NCBI GenBank assembly: GCA_964549435.1 | Contig: CAZJVB010000007.1 | Span: 571-64,570 of the forward strand | Direction of reading: 5' to 3' | DNA from: an uncultured Ruminococcus sp. | GTDB taxonomy: Bacteria > Bacillota > Clostridia > Oscillospirales > CAG-382 | DNA: 64,000 nt | Part shown: one piece after another, positions 9,246 to 18,019 of the stretch | How positions within the stretch are numbered: position 1 is the first letter of the stretch | Layout of the letters: each line of letters opens with the position of its first letter | Made by a program: the position numbers and the translations under genes | Notes under the pieces: model-generated | Told to the model about the DNA's origin: nothing | Databases searched by the model: none | Seen by the model: the letters and a program-made list of their open reading frames with translations, nothing else

Positions 9246-10019
9246 TCACGTATAGATCCCCTGCTCAAAGGCTATCAGATCCTTCACCACTTCGCCAGCG
9301 ATAATCAGTCCCACAACCGACGGAACAAAAGCATTACTGCCCGGCACCTGTCGGCGCTGGGTGCATTTCCGTGCCGTCCCCGGCGGGCAAATACAATTTG
9401 TCCGGCAGCTGATCGACATATCCTCAACCGGTGTGATCGGCGTTTCCTTGGAATAAACGACCTTCAGCTTTTGAATCCCCCGCCGTCTCAGCTCGTAACG
9501 CATCACCCGCGCCAACGGGCATACCGACGTTTGATAGAGATCCGCAACCTCAAATGCCGTCGGATCAACTTTATTTCCGGCACCCATGGAGCTGATAATC
9601 GGTGTACCAGCGGCATCTGCCTGCAAAACAAGGGCTATTTTTCCAGTAACGGTATCAATGGCATCGACAACATAGTCGTATGCAGAAAAGTCAAACTGCA
9701 CGGCTGTTTCAGGCGTATAAAAAGCCTGATGGGTATGCACAACGGCATCTGGATTGATCTCACGAATCCGTTCGGCGGCGACCTCCACCTTGTATCTGCC
9801 AACCGTCTTTCGCGTTGCATGAAGCTGCCGATTGAGGTTAGTTAGGCAAATTTTATCGTCATCAATCAAATCCAGCGTTCCAACGCCGGAACGGGCAAGT
9901 GCTTCTACGGTATACCCGCCAACGCCGCCGATCCCGAACACGGCAACACGGGAAGCTGCCAGCCTTTCCATAGCCTGCCTGCCAAACAGCAGCTCTGTTC
10001 TCGAAAATTGGTTCAGCAC
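9246..10019 (-). CDS. tcdA: tRNA threonylcarbamoyladenosine dehydratase (ThiF/MoeB-family, TcdA-like)
   Basis: FSRTELLFG...VAVFGIGGVGGYTVEALARSGVGTLDLIDDDKICLTNLNRQ shows the E1-like Rossmann motif. The GTG at 10019 follows an AGGAGGGG RBS and overlaps the stop of the upstream small ORF (GTGCTGA). Confidence 0.75.
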   Translation of the reverse strand: MLNQFSRTELLFGRQAMERLAASRVAVFGIGGVGGYTVEALARSGVGTLDLIDDDKICLTNLNRQLHATRKTVGRYKVEVAAERIREINPDAVVHTHQAFYTPETAVQFDFSAYDYVVDAIDTVTGKIALVLQADAAGTPIISSMGAGNKVDPTAFEVADLYQTSVCPLARVMRYELRRRGIQKLKVVYSKETPITPVEDMSISCRTNCICPPGTARKCTQRRQVPGSNAFVPSVVGLIIAGEVVKDLIAFEQGIYT

Positions 10020-10240
10020 GGCTTCCCCTCCTGCACGGTAAAGGATAAACCGTCCGCAGAAAAGAGCGCGCAAATGTTTCTGCCTGCACAGTAGGCCTTG
10101 ATAGAAGCGACCAGTTCATCACTGCTTTTTTCCAGTGAAAAATACTGTCCTCCGCAGCCATCATGAAAGTGTAGCTCAACAGAAAATTGGTCCCTCAGTT
10201 TTTTTTTCAGCTCTATAGCTTCGGAAATGGATAGAATCAT
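10013..10240 (-). CDS. hypothetical 75-aa protein (possibly HesB/YneR-like Fe-S biogenesis fold)
   Basis: Sits between the PLP enzyme and tcdA with tight spacing and translational coupling. The ELHFHDGCGGQYFSL segment loosely resembles YneR/HesB-type small proteins. The function is not established. Confidence 0.4.
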   Translation of the reverse strand: MILSISEAIELKKKLRDQFSVELHFHDGCGGQYFSLEKSSDELVASIKAYCAGRNICALFSADGLSFTVQEGKPC

Positions 10241-10259
10241 AAACGCACCTCCGTTGACG

Positions 10260-11456
10260 TCATTTCAACAAGTGAAGCTTTTCCAGTGACTGACGCAGAT
10301 CCTCAATTAAATCCTCCGCATCCTCAAGCCCGACACTAAGACGGAAAAAACCGTTATGAAATTCCGCAGGATACAGATACTGACGCTCGTCGTTTTCTCC
10401 TAAGAAAACAATCAGACTTTCATCATGCCCAAGAGATACCGCAGAGGTAATTACCTGCAGCTGGCTGACAAATTGATTGTGCGTATCGTGGTCGGCCTTG
10501 AGCCCGAAGGACAAAACACCGCCAAAGCCCGGAGACATCTGTCTTTTCGCAACGTCGTGTCCCCGATGGCTTTCCAACCCCGGATAAGCCACGAAGCTGA
10601 CACAGGGCTGCGTTTCCAGCCACTGTGCCACTTTCATTGCATTCTCGTTATGCTGACGCATACGAAGCGGCAAAGTCACGCTTCCGCGCATAATCAGCCA
10701 TGCGTTAAACGGACTGATGGTGCCCCCCAAATTGACCTGTGCCTGCGCACGAATTACATCCAACTCCCGTTTCCTTCCGATGATGGCGCCGCCCATCGCA
10801 TCCCCATGACCGTTGATATATTTTGTCAGACTTTCCACTGTAAAATCGGCACCAAGCTCTATAGGACGCTGGTTGTAAGGTGAAGCAAAGGTATTGTCTA
10901 CCGAGAGCTTTGCACCGTGTTCATGTGCCATTGCAGCTATTTCCTTGATATCCGATACTGACAGTGTAGGATTTCCGGGAGTTTCTATATGGACAAGCTT
11001 TGTGTTCGGACGGAACGCCGTACGCACCGCCTCTAAATCGGAAGTATCTACAATCGTCGTTTCCACATGAAATTTGTTGTTGAACAACTCATTAAAAAGA
11101 CGGTAAACCGCAATATACGTGACGCTCGAAAAAATCACATGATCTCCGCTGGCAAGCAGAGAGAAAAATAAACCGGAAAGAGCGGCAACTCCACTTGCAA
11201 GCACGATGCAGTCCTCGCCGCTCTCCAGCGAAGCAAGCTTTTCCTGCAAATATTTTTGGTTAGAGCCGCCGTTTCTTGTGTAAAGATTGCCGGCGGCACT
11301 CGACCAATTGACATCGGTGGGATCATAAGGCAATTCATAACTGTTTGCCATGGTGATGGGACGTTTGATAGCTCCGGTTTCTCCATCCACATCGTTGCCC
11401 GTATGTACGGCCCTTGTCTGAAAACCATACTCTTTACCATAAATTCTTTTTGACAT
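10260..11456 (-). CDS. Cys/Met-metabolism PLP-dependent enzyme (methionine gamma-lyase / O-acetylhomoserine sulfhydrylase / cystathionine gamma-synthase family)
   Basis: GFQTRAVHTG..., SLTKYINGHGD (PLP lysine motif) and VSLGHDESLI. The ATG at 11456 has an AGGAG RBS. The exact subfamily cannot be resolved by eye. Confidence 0.8.
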   Translation of the reverse strand: MSKRIYGKEYGFQTRAVHTGNDVDGETGAIKRPITMANSYELPYDPTDVNWSSAAGNLYTRNGGSNQKYLQEKLASLESGEDCIVLASGVAALSGLFFSLLASGDHVIFSSVTYIAVYRLFNELFNNKFHVETTIVDTSDLEAVRTAFRPNTKLVHIETPGNPTLSVSDIKEIAAMAHEHGAKLSVDNTFASPYNQRPIELGADFTVESLTKYINGHGDAMGGAIIGRKRELDVIRAQAQVNLGGTISPFNAWLIMRGSVTLPLRMRQHNENAMKVAQWLETQPCVSFVAYPGLESHRGHDVAKRQMSPGFGGVLSFGLKADHDTHNQFVSQLQVITSAVSLGHDESLIVFLGENDERQYLYPAEFHNGFFRLSVGLEDAEDLIEDLRQSLEKLHLLK

Positions 11457-11530
11457 ACACTCTGCTCCTAAAGGGAAATTACACTTGCTATAAACAGAAC
11501 AGAAAGGTATAAAACCCATCTATTTTCTAT

Positions 11531-11559
11531 ATTATAAATGCTTTTCACCGGGTTGTCAA
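11531..11559 (-). promoter_or_regulatory. sigma-A consensus promoter for the PLP-enzyme operon (TTGACA-17-TATAAT)
   Basis: The minus strand reads TTGACA (11559-11554), 17 nt, TATAAT (11536-11531). The leader is short (~70 nt) with no riboswitch-like motif. Confidence 0.55.
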
Positions 11560-11589
11560 GAGGCGCTATTTTAAAAAGACAGTTCCCCC

Positions 11590-11618
11590 TTGACAGATGC
11601 GTCAAAGGATGTTATAAT
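11590..11618 (+). promoter_or_regulatory. sigma-A consensus promoter (TTGACA-17-TATAAT) with an inverted repeat over the -35
   Basis: TTGACA at 11590-11595 and TATAAT at 11613-11618. TTGAC-AGATGC-GTCAA (11590-11605) is a 5-6-5 inverted repeat. Confidence 0.55.
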
Positions 11619-11666
11619 TCCGATGAAACAGATAGGTTTTGTGAAAAAGATTGAAAAAGGAGGCGT

Positions 11667-13175
11667 ATGCGAATGGGAATCGTGAAGAGGAAGCTGCGCA
11701 TCGGCGGTATGTCCTGCGTCAACTGTCAAAAGAAGATCGAACGGAAGCTACACCATATGCCCGGAGTGCAGGAGATCACGGTCAGTTATCGCAACAATTC
11801 GGCAGAAATCACATATGATTCCGATCTCCTTACGCTGCAGGAAATACAAACGGCCATTGAAAAGCTTGGATATCAGGTCCTGCCGGAAAATTCAGCGCCG
11901 GATATCGGCAGGACGGTCAGTTTATTGGTGATCATGGTCGCACTATACGTACTGCTCCAGCAGCTTGGAATCCTGAACTTTCTAGTACCGAGTCAATTAG
12001 CAGACACGAAAATGGGATACGGTATGCTCTTTCTGATCGGTCTGATGACCTCGGTACATTGCATTGCTATGTGCGGCGGCATCAATCTTTCCCAATGTAT
12101 GCCGCATACGGAAACTCCAAACAGGGAGACCGGCAAGTGGGAAGTACTTCGTCCCTCCTTGCTGTATAATCTCGGACGTGTGATTTCCTACACATTGATC
12201 GGGTTTCTTTTGGGATTCGTCGGCATGCTGTTCGGCGGCGATTCCGGAACGGGAATCTCCACCCTGTTACAAGGTATTCTGAAAATGATCGCCGGTGTTT
12301 TCATGGTCATCATGGGAATCAATATGTTGGGCATATTTCCCTGGCTCCGTCGGTTTCAGTTACGAATTCCCCGCATGCTTTCTTCAAAAATAGACTGCCA
12401 AAAAGCGACGGGCAGACAGCCCCTAATCGTTGGTCTTTTGAATGGTCTGATGCCCTGCGGCCCGCTCCAAGCCATGCAGCTTGTAGCGCTGGCATCCGGT
12501 AATCCTTTTGCGGGTGCACTATCCATGCTTCTGTTCAGTTTGGGAACCGTCCCCCTGATGTTAGGTCTCGGTTCGTTGGTAACCGCATTAGGAAGAAAAT
12601 TTGCTCGCACAGTGATGGGTGTCGGCGCTGTCCTAGTAACGGTTCTCGGACTTGCCATGCTGTCTCAGGGGGGCAGCTTGTCCGGGCTTCTTCTCCCGGA
12701 CAGACTTTTAACACTCATCCTCCTCCTGTGTGTTATCGGGGTAGTGGCTTGCCTGCCTTTCCGAAAAAAGCTATATAGGACAGCCGGCATCACAGCAGTG
12801 ATTGTGCTTGCCATTTGCAGCGGCCTCCTTTGGACTTATTTCCGCAAAACCGACCTGTCTAAGGACACCAATGTGGTATCCGGAGAAATAGAAATTGTGG
12901 ATGGTGTACAGGTTTTGAGAAGTACGCTGGAGCCCGGTAAATACCCCAGCATAACCGTTCAGTCCGGACTCCCCGTTAAATGGGTAATCGATGCACCCGC
13001 AGGAACCATCAACGGCTGCAATTATAAAATGCTGTTGAAGGAATACGGGATTGAGCATACGTTTACAGAAGGAGAAAATGTGATTGAATTCACGCCAACC
13101 CAAACCGGTACGGTACAATACACCTGTTGGATGGGCATGATCCGCGGCTACATTTACGTAACAGATGAAGAATAA
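11667..13175 (+). CDS. three-domain membrane protein: N-terminal HMA domain, Cys-motif polytopic core (DsbD_2/TauE-like), C-terminal CupA-like cupredoxin domain
   Basis: HMA motif GGMSCVNCQKKIE. Membrane-core motifs SVHCIAMCGG and GLMPCGPLQ. C-terminal beta-rich domain ...TINGC-x35-C-W-M-G-M (C...CxMxM). AGGAGG RBS. Confidence 0.7.
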   Translation: MRMGIVKRKLRIGGMSCVNCQKKIERKLHHMPGVQEITVSYRNNSAEITYDSDLLTLQEIQTAIEKLGYQVLPENSAPDIGRTVSLLVIMVALYVLLQQLGILNFLVPSQLADTKMGYGMLFLIGLMTSVHCIAMCGGINLSQCMPHTETPNRETGKWEVLRPSLLYNLGRVISYTLIGFLLGFVGMLFGGDSGTGISTLLQGILKMIAGVFMVIMGINMLGIFPWLRRFQLRIPRMLSSKIDCQKATGRQPLIVGLLNGLMPCGPLQAMQLVALASGNPFAGALSMLLFSLGTVPLMLGLGSLVTALGRKFARTVMGVGAVLVTVLGLAMLSQGGSLSGLLLPDRLLTLILLLCVIGVVACLPFRKKLYRTAGITAVIVLAICSGLLWTYFRKTDLSKDTNVVSGEIEIVDGVQVLRSTLEPGKYPSITVQSGLPVKWVIDAPAGTINGCNYKMLLKEYGIEHTFTEGENVIEFTPTQTGTVQYTCWMGMIRGYIYVTDEE

Positions 13176-13211
13176 AATCCTTTGACTGCGATCCCTCAAA
13201 TTATAAAGGTG

Positions 13212-13322
13212 ATGAAAATGATAGAAGTACTCTTATCCCACTGGCATTGCATTCTGCCCGCCATGTGCATAATTATCGCAATCCTTTTCATTAGGAAAGA
13301 TGAACATAAAGGTAAACAATAA
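13212..13322 (+). CDS. unannotated micro-ORF (36 codons, or 34 from the ATG at 13218): single-TM peptide with HWHC motif
   Basis: My translation is MKMIEVLLSHWHCILPAMCIIIAILFIRKDEHKGKQ*. An AAAGGTGA RBS lies 6 nt before the ATG at 13218. It fills the otherwise empty gap between the fusion protein and the DUF2318-like gene. Too short for the ORF track. Confidence 0.3.
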   Translation: MKMIEVLLSHWHCILPAMCIIIAILFIRKDEHKGKQ

Positions 13323-13354
13323 TCCTCCAAGAATCCAGAAAGGCGGAAAACAAC

Positions 13355-13912
13355 ATGGCAAACAAGAAAAAGACAGTCAAAAAAGGAAAAAACAACAATG
13401 TGCTGCTGATCACGGCCGCTGTCATTCTCTGCGCAGCAGTCGGCGTATTTATTGCAACCCGACCAAACACAGAAACCGGCGCATCGAAAAACACGGAGTC
13501 CACTGCCGAAGATCCGGATCATGTACAGGTAATCTCCCAAGGGGAGCGTCTGGTGATTCCTATCCACGACATTACCTCGACAGCCAGCTTTTACCCGGTA
13601 GAAGTCGATGGCACGCAGATGGAGGTACTGGCGGTTATGGATTCCCAAGGCAACATCCGGACCGCGTTCAACACCTGTCAGATTTGCTACAGCTCCGGCC
13701 GCGGTTATTATGTACAGAGCGGTAATGTACTGGTCTGCCAAAATTGCGGGAATCGCTTCACCGTCGATCAGATTGAAATAGAAACCGGAGGTTGTAATCC
13801 ATGGCCTATCTTCCCGGAAAACAAGACGGTGACCGAAGATTCTATTGAAATCTCTTACGATTTCCTGCATGAAGCAAAAACGATCTTTACCAATTGGAAA
13901 CTTCCGTACTAA
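13355..13912 (+). CDS. DUF2318-like membrane-anchored protein with CxxC...CxxC zinc-ribbon-type motif
   Basis: N-terminal anchor (LLITAAVILCAAVGVFIA), then ...FYPVEVDGTQMEVLAV...AFNTCQICYSSGRGYYVQSGNVLVCQNCGNRF...GGCNPWP. This is the pattern I recall for DUF2318. Confidence 0.6.
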   Translation: MANKKKTVKKGKNNNVLLITAAVILCAAVGVFIATRPNTETGASKNTESTAEDPDHVQVISQGERLVIPIHDITSTASFYPVEVDGTQMEVLAVMDSQGNIRTAFNTCQICYSSGRGYYVQSGNVLVCQNCGNRFTVDQIEIETGGCNPWPIFPENKTVTEDSIEISYDFLHEAKTIFTNWKLPY

Positions 13913-13925
13913 AATGAAAAAAACA

Positions 13926-13983
13926 CTTGACAAATACCCCTGCAGGGTATATAATCAGAGCAAATCAATACCCTTAGGGGGTA
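13926..13983 (+). promoter_or_regulatory. csoR-copA promoter (TTGACA-17-TATAAT) with two CsoR-type operators
   Basis: TTGACA at 13926-13931 and TATAAT at 13949-13954. Operator 1 is ATACCCCTGCAGGGTAT (13933-13949), in the spacer and overlapping the first base of the -10. Operator 2 is ATACCCTTAGGGGGTAT (13967-13983). Both resemble the B. subtilis copZA operator TACCC-N-GGGGGTA. Confidence 0.65.
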
Positions 13984-14010
13984 TCTAATATGCATAGAGA
14001 GGTCGTCTCC

Positions 14011-14331
14011 ATGGAAAAAAGGAATGAAGTCTGCGGAATCTGCCCAAACTGTCATAAGAAAAAAGAGCGTTCCGAGAAAGAATACAAAGATCTTTTGAAT
14101 CGCTTGAGCCGGATCGAGGGGCAGGTACGAGGCATTCGCTGCATGTTGGAGAGAGATGCCTATTGTACGGATATCCTCATGCAGGTATCAGCGATAAACG
14201 CGGCGCTGAACAGTTTTAACAAGGTGCTGCTATCTGAACACATCCGCACCTGTGTCGCCGGAAACATTCGGGAAGGCAATGATGAGGTGATAGACGAATT
14301 GGTTTCGCTTCTTCAGAAATTGATGAAATGA
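14011..14331 (+). CDS. csoR: copper-sensing transcriptional repressor CsoR
   Basis: LLNRLSRIEGQVRGIRCMLERDAYCTDILMQVSAINAALNSF is the CsoR/RcnR signature with the Cys...His...Cys ligand arrangement. The ATG at 14011 has a GAGAGG RBS. Confidence 0.85.
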   Translation: MEKRNEVCGICPNCHKKKERSEKEYKDLLNRLSRIEGQVRGIRCMLERDAYCTDILMQVSAINAALNSFNKVLLSEHIRTCVAGNIREGNDEVIDELVSLLQKLMK

Positions 14332-14349
14332 CGAAAGGAGATCACATAC

Positions 14350-16839
14350 ATGCAGAACGCAACACTTCGAATCCAAGGGATGTCCTGTGCGGTTTGTGCA
14401 CAGCGCATCGAAAAAACAGCAGGTAAGCTGCCCGGAATGAAGCAAGCGACCGTGAATTTTGCCAGTGAAAAGCTATTCGTAGAATTTGATGACAGCCAAC
14501 TCACTATAGAAGATCTCAAAAACGCGATCGCCCAGCTTGGTTATACGCTGGAGGATCCTTCCGAAGAGAAGAACCTTCAGATTCCGATCGGCGGCATGAA
14601 CTGTGCGGCATGCGTCCAGCGGGTTGAAAAGGCCATCGGAAAGCTGGACGGTGTGACGAAGGTCAGTGTCAACCTCGCCACAGAGAAAGCGGCAATTTCT
14701 TACAACCCGCAGAAAATCCGGCTGTCCGCCATCAAGGAAGCGATCGTAAAAGCTGGATACCAGCCGTTAGAAAGCAAAGGCTCCGAAGCCGCTGATAAAG
14801 ACAGGGCGCGCAAGAAAAAGGAAATCAGAACACTATGGATAAAATGCGGGGCCGCTGCGGTGTTTGCCCTTCCCCTGCTTTACATTGCCATGGTGCCTAT
14901 GATTCAGGTTATCCGTCTTCCCGGAGCACAGGCGCTGGAAAGTCTGATGATGAACTATCCGCTGGTGTACGCACTGCTGGAATTTTTCCTAACTGTACCA
15001 GTTGTATGCGTAGGATATCGTTTTTATACCGTCGGATATCCGTCACTCTTCCGGGGGAGCCCCAATATGGACTCCCTGATTGCGGTCGGCACCACAGCTG
15101 CCGCGGCATTCAGCCTTTATAATATTTTTCGGATTGCAGGCGGCGACTACGCAGGAGTGGATTCCCTTTATTTCGAATCCGCCGGCGTCATCATTACGCT
15201 GATCTTATTGGGAAAATCCATGGAAGCTGTGTCAAAAGGAAAAACCGGCGAGGCGATCAAAAAGCTGATGGGCTTAGCTCCCAAAACGGCTCTCATATTG
15301 CAGGATGGCTTGGAAAAGGAGATTCCAATCGACGAAGTGGAGATCAACGACATCCTGATCGTAAAGCCGGGCGCAAAGATTCCTGTGGATGGTGTTGTAT
15401 TGGAAGGATATACCTCCATCGATGAATCCATGCTGACCGGAGAAAGCATTCCGGTAGAAAAAAAAGCCGGAGACCGCGTCTACGCGGCCTCACTGAATAC
15501 AACGGGTACCATCCGCTTTCGGGCAGAAAAAGTAGGAAGCGACACCGCGCTTGCTCAGATCATCAAACTGGTGGAGGATGCACAGGGATCCAAAGCACCG
15601 ATTGCGAAGTTAGCGGACATCGTTGCCGGCTATTTCGTCCCAACCGTCATCGGGATAGCCTTCCTTGCCGGAATCGCATGGTTTATCGGTACTCGTGACT
15701 TTGCATTCGCGCTGACCATTTTTATCTCCGTACTGGTCATTGCCTGCCCATGCGCCTTGGGGCTTGCTACTCCGACCGCCATCATGGTGGGAACAGGCAA
15801 GGGCGCAGAAAACGGAATTCTGATGAAAGGCGGCGAGGCGTTGGAGACCACCCATAAAATCAATACCATTGTTTTTGACAAAACCGGTACCCTCACGGAA
15901 GGGAAACCCACCGTGACAGACGTCCTGCCGACCGGTATGCTTGATGAAAACAGGCTCCTGCAGCTGACCGCTTCCGCAGAGAAAAGCTCCGAGCATCCTT
16001 TGGGACAGGCAATCGTTTCCGGAGCACAGGAAAATGGGTTAAGGCTTCTGCCCGCAGATCAGTTCTGTTCCCTGACCGGACAAGGCATAGAAGCAGAGAT
16101 CGACGGTCATACCGTTTTAGCTGGGAATCATAAACTGATGACGGAAAAGCAAATTTCTCTTGCCGGTCTGGAACGGGAAGCGGACAGGCTTGCAGAGGAA
16201 GGAAAAACACCAATGTATGTAGCGGTAGATCGGCAGCTTGCCGGAATCGTAGCAGTAGCAGACGTCGTAAAAGCCTCAAGCAAATCCGCAATCGAAAGCC
16301 TTCACAACATGGGAATAGAGGTTGCTATGATCACAGGGGATAACCTGAAAACAGCTGCAGCTATCGCAAAGCAAGTGGGCATCGACCGTGTTCTTGCGGA
16401 AGTCCTTCCGCAAGACAAATCCAACGAAGTAAAAAAATTGCAGGAGGAAGGACGCAAGGTAGCGATGGTGGGCGATGGCATCAACGATGCGCCGGCACTG
16501 GCGCAAGCGGATGTCGGCATCGCCATCGGCTCGGGCACAGACGTGGCGATGGAATCCGCAGATATCGTTCTAATGCATTCTGATCTGATGGACGTGCCGA
16601 CGGCAATTCTGCTCAGCAAAAAAACCATTCGCAACATCAAGCAGAACCTGTTCTGGGCGTTTGCGTATAACACCATCGGCATTCCCGTTGCCGCCGGCGT
16701 GCTCTATCTGTTTGGCGGCCCATTGCTGAATCCAATGCTCGCTGCCGCAGCCATGAGCTTGAGCTCCGTATCCGTCCTTTCCAATGCTCTGCGTCTGAAA
16801 CGATTCAAAGCGCCCGACAAGGAGGAAACTCAAGCATGA
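14350..16839 (+). CDS. copA: copper-translocating P1B-type ATPase
   Basis: Two HMA domains ([24 protein letters not shown]), the CPC motif ([12 protein letters not shown]), DKTGTLT and [10 protein letters not shown]. Confidence 0.9.
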   Translation: MQNATLRIQGMSCAVCAQRIEKTAGKLPGMKQATVNFASEKLFVEFDDSQLTIEDLKNAIAQLGYTLEDPSEEKNLQIPIGGMNCAACVQRVEKAIGKLDGVTKVSVNLATEKAAISYNPQKIRLSAIKEAIVKAGYQPLESKGSEAADKDRARKKKEIRTLWIKCGAAAVFALPLLYIAMVPMIQVIRLPGAQALESLMMNYPLVYALLEFFLTVPVVCVGYRFYTVGYPSLFRGSPNMDSLIAVGTTAAAAFSLYNIFRIAGGDYAGVDSLYFESAGVIITLILLGKSMEAVSKGKTGEAIKKLMGLAPKTALILQDGLEKEIPIDEVEINDILIVKPGAKIPVDGVVLEGYTSIDESMLTGESIPVEKKAGDRVYAASLNTTGTIRFRAEKVGSDTALAQIIKLVEDAQGSKAPIAKLADIVAGYFVPTVIGIAFLAGIAWFIGTRDFAFALTIFISVLVIACPCALGLATPTAIMVGTGKGAENGILMKGGEALETTHKINTIVFDKTGTLTEGKPTVTDVLPTGMLDENRLLQLTASAEKSSEHPLGQAIVSGAQENGLRLLPADQFCSLTGQGIEAEIDGHTVLAGNHKLMTEKQISLAGLEREADRLAEEGKTPMYVAVDRQLAGIVAVADVVKASSKSAIESLHNMGIEVAMITGDNLKTAAAIAKQVGIDRVLAEVLPQDKSNEVKKLQEEGRKVAMVGDGINDAPALAQADVGIAIGSGTDVAMESADIVLMHSDLMDVPTAILLSKKTIRNIKQNLFWAFAYNTIGIPVAAGVLYLFGGPLLNPMLAAAAMSLSSVSVLSNALRLKRFKAPDKEETQA

Positions 16840-17546
16840 AAGCAACAAGCAAAAGACTCGGGGTAGTCATGGTTCCCGTTACGGCAATCGTATTCGTGGC
16901 AGCGGTATTAACCGGCATTCTTCTGATGACAGGCGGAACGCTGGACGTTATCGGAAAAGGTGCTGTTACCTCCTTTAGCAAGCTTCTGGACGCGGAAGAG
17001 GTCACTGTCACCGCTGACGAAGAACATGCCGGCTGGTCGCTTGAATCGCCGGACGGAAGCGTCCGATTCATCTGGAGCGGGGATTACAGCAGCAGCCCTC
17101 TCTATGATGTTATGCTGGAGTTTGATGTGCAGCCGTTTCTGGCTGCAGGTCTTGATCCGGAAAAGCTGTCGGAAAACTATACACTGCAAGACGGAAAGCT
17201 AACCGTCGGCATAAAATACGGAAAAGACCATTTTTCCCACGAGAACCAGCCAACACCGCTTGGCGCATTCGAGCACTTGGAAAAATCCTATCGGAGCAGC
17301 ATCGGGTACCACAGCTCCATGGGACATTATAATATCACTCTGGGCGAAGAAGCGCTGTTCGAATGGGCACAGGACATGTCCGCTAACCATCAGGATATAG
17401 TATTCGCCTTAAGTCCGGAGCCCCTGATAAGTGCAGGCGTCGATCCGGAACAGGTAGAGGGCTGGAGTTATGCGCAAGTCATGGTAGGACACAGCGATGC
17501 TTCAGAAACCGCTTGGAAACTCCTGAAATCGTTTGACATACAATAG
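16836..17546 (+). CDS. hypothetical membrane-anchored protein with two internal repeats, translationally coupled to copA
   Basis: ATGA overlap with the copA stop. N-terminal TM segment ([22 protein letters not shown]). Two modules share F-x-W...D...P(F/L)(L/I)xAG(L/V)DPE(K/Q)(L/V). I recognise no family. Confidence 0.6.
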   Translation: MKATSKRLGVVMVPVTAIVFVAAVLTGILLMTGGTLDVIGKGAVTSFSKLLDAEEVTVTADEEHAGWSLESPDGSVRFIWSGDYSSSPLYDVMLEFDVQPFLAAGLDPEKLSENYTLQDGKLTVGIKYGKDHFSHENQPTPLGAFEHLEKSYRSSIGYHSSMGHYNITLGEEALFEWAQDMSANHQDIVFALSPEPLISAGVDPEQVEGWSYAQVMVGHSDASETAWKLLKSFDIQ

Positions 17547-17563
17547 ATCTAAAAGTTGCGGTC

Positions 17564-17590
17564 GTCATATGACAGCGAGCGTCATATGAC
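17564..17590. repeat. two perfect 10-bp palindromes GTCATATGAC separated by 7 nt (can form a 10-bp hairpin)
   Basis: GTCATATGAC occurs at 17564-17573 and 17581-17590. The second copy overlaps the stop codon of the Rrf2 gene. There is no U-tract on either side. Confidence 0.6.
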
Positions 17591-18019
17591 ATAGTCATTG
17601 GTATAACGTTCCCTCTGTTGATCGAGGATATCCTGCAGTGTAATCCCGTCGAGGTATTCATTGATTACACGGTACAAACCCTGCCATACCGGAAGTGTTG
17701 CACACTCCCCGCTGCGTTCGCATTCAATCGGATCCCGATCCAAACAGGCAACTGGAGATAAGCTCCCTTCGGTCAGACGGAGAACATCTCCCACCGTGTA
17801 GGAATCGGGGCTCCCGGCAAGCTGATAGCCCCCCTGAAATCCACGGTTTGTCTTCAGTATATGAGACTGATTTAATATGGGAATAATCTGCTCCAGATAT
17901 TTCTTTGATATCTGTTGACGCTCTGCGATCTCTTTCAAGGCAACAAAACCGTCATTCTGATGCTCAGCCAAATCGACTAGCATACGTAATGCGTAACGCC
18001 CCTTTGTTGAAATTTTCAT
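17582..18019 (-). CDS. Rrf2-family transcriptional regulator (three-Cys, probable Fe-S type)
   Basis: MKISTKGRYALRMLVDLA...ALKEIAERQQISKKYLEQI is the wHTH. CLDRDPIECERSGEC is a Cys cluster like that of IscR/CymR-type regulators. Confidence 0.8.
   Translation of the reverse strand: MKISTKGRYALRMLVDLAEHQNDGFVALKEIAERQQISKKYLEQIIPILNQSHILKTNRGFQGGYQLAGSPDSYTVGDVLRLTEGSLSPVACLDRDPIECERSGECATLPVWQGLYRVINEYLDGITLQDILDQQRERYTNDYVI

Noticed and set aside
13196-13933. A 245-aa minus-strand ORF across the DUF2318 region.
   Set aside because: It is antisense to the DUF2318-like gene and the micro-ORF. The plus-strand genes have RBSs, TM anchors and metal motifs, and this ORF has none.
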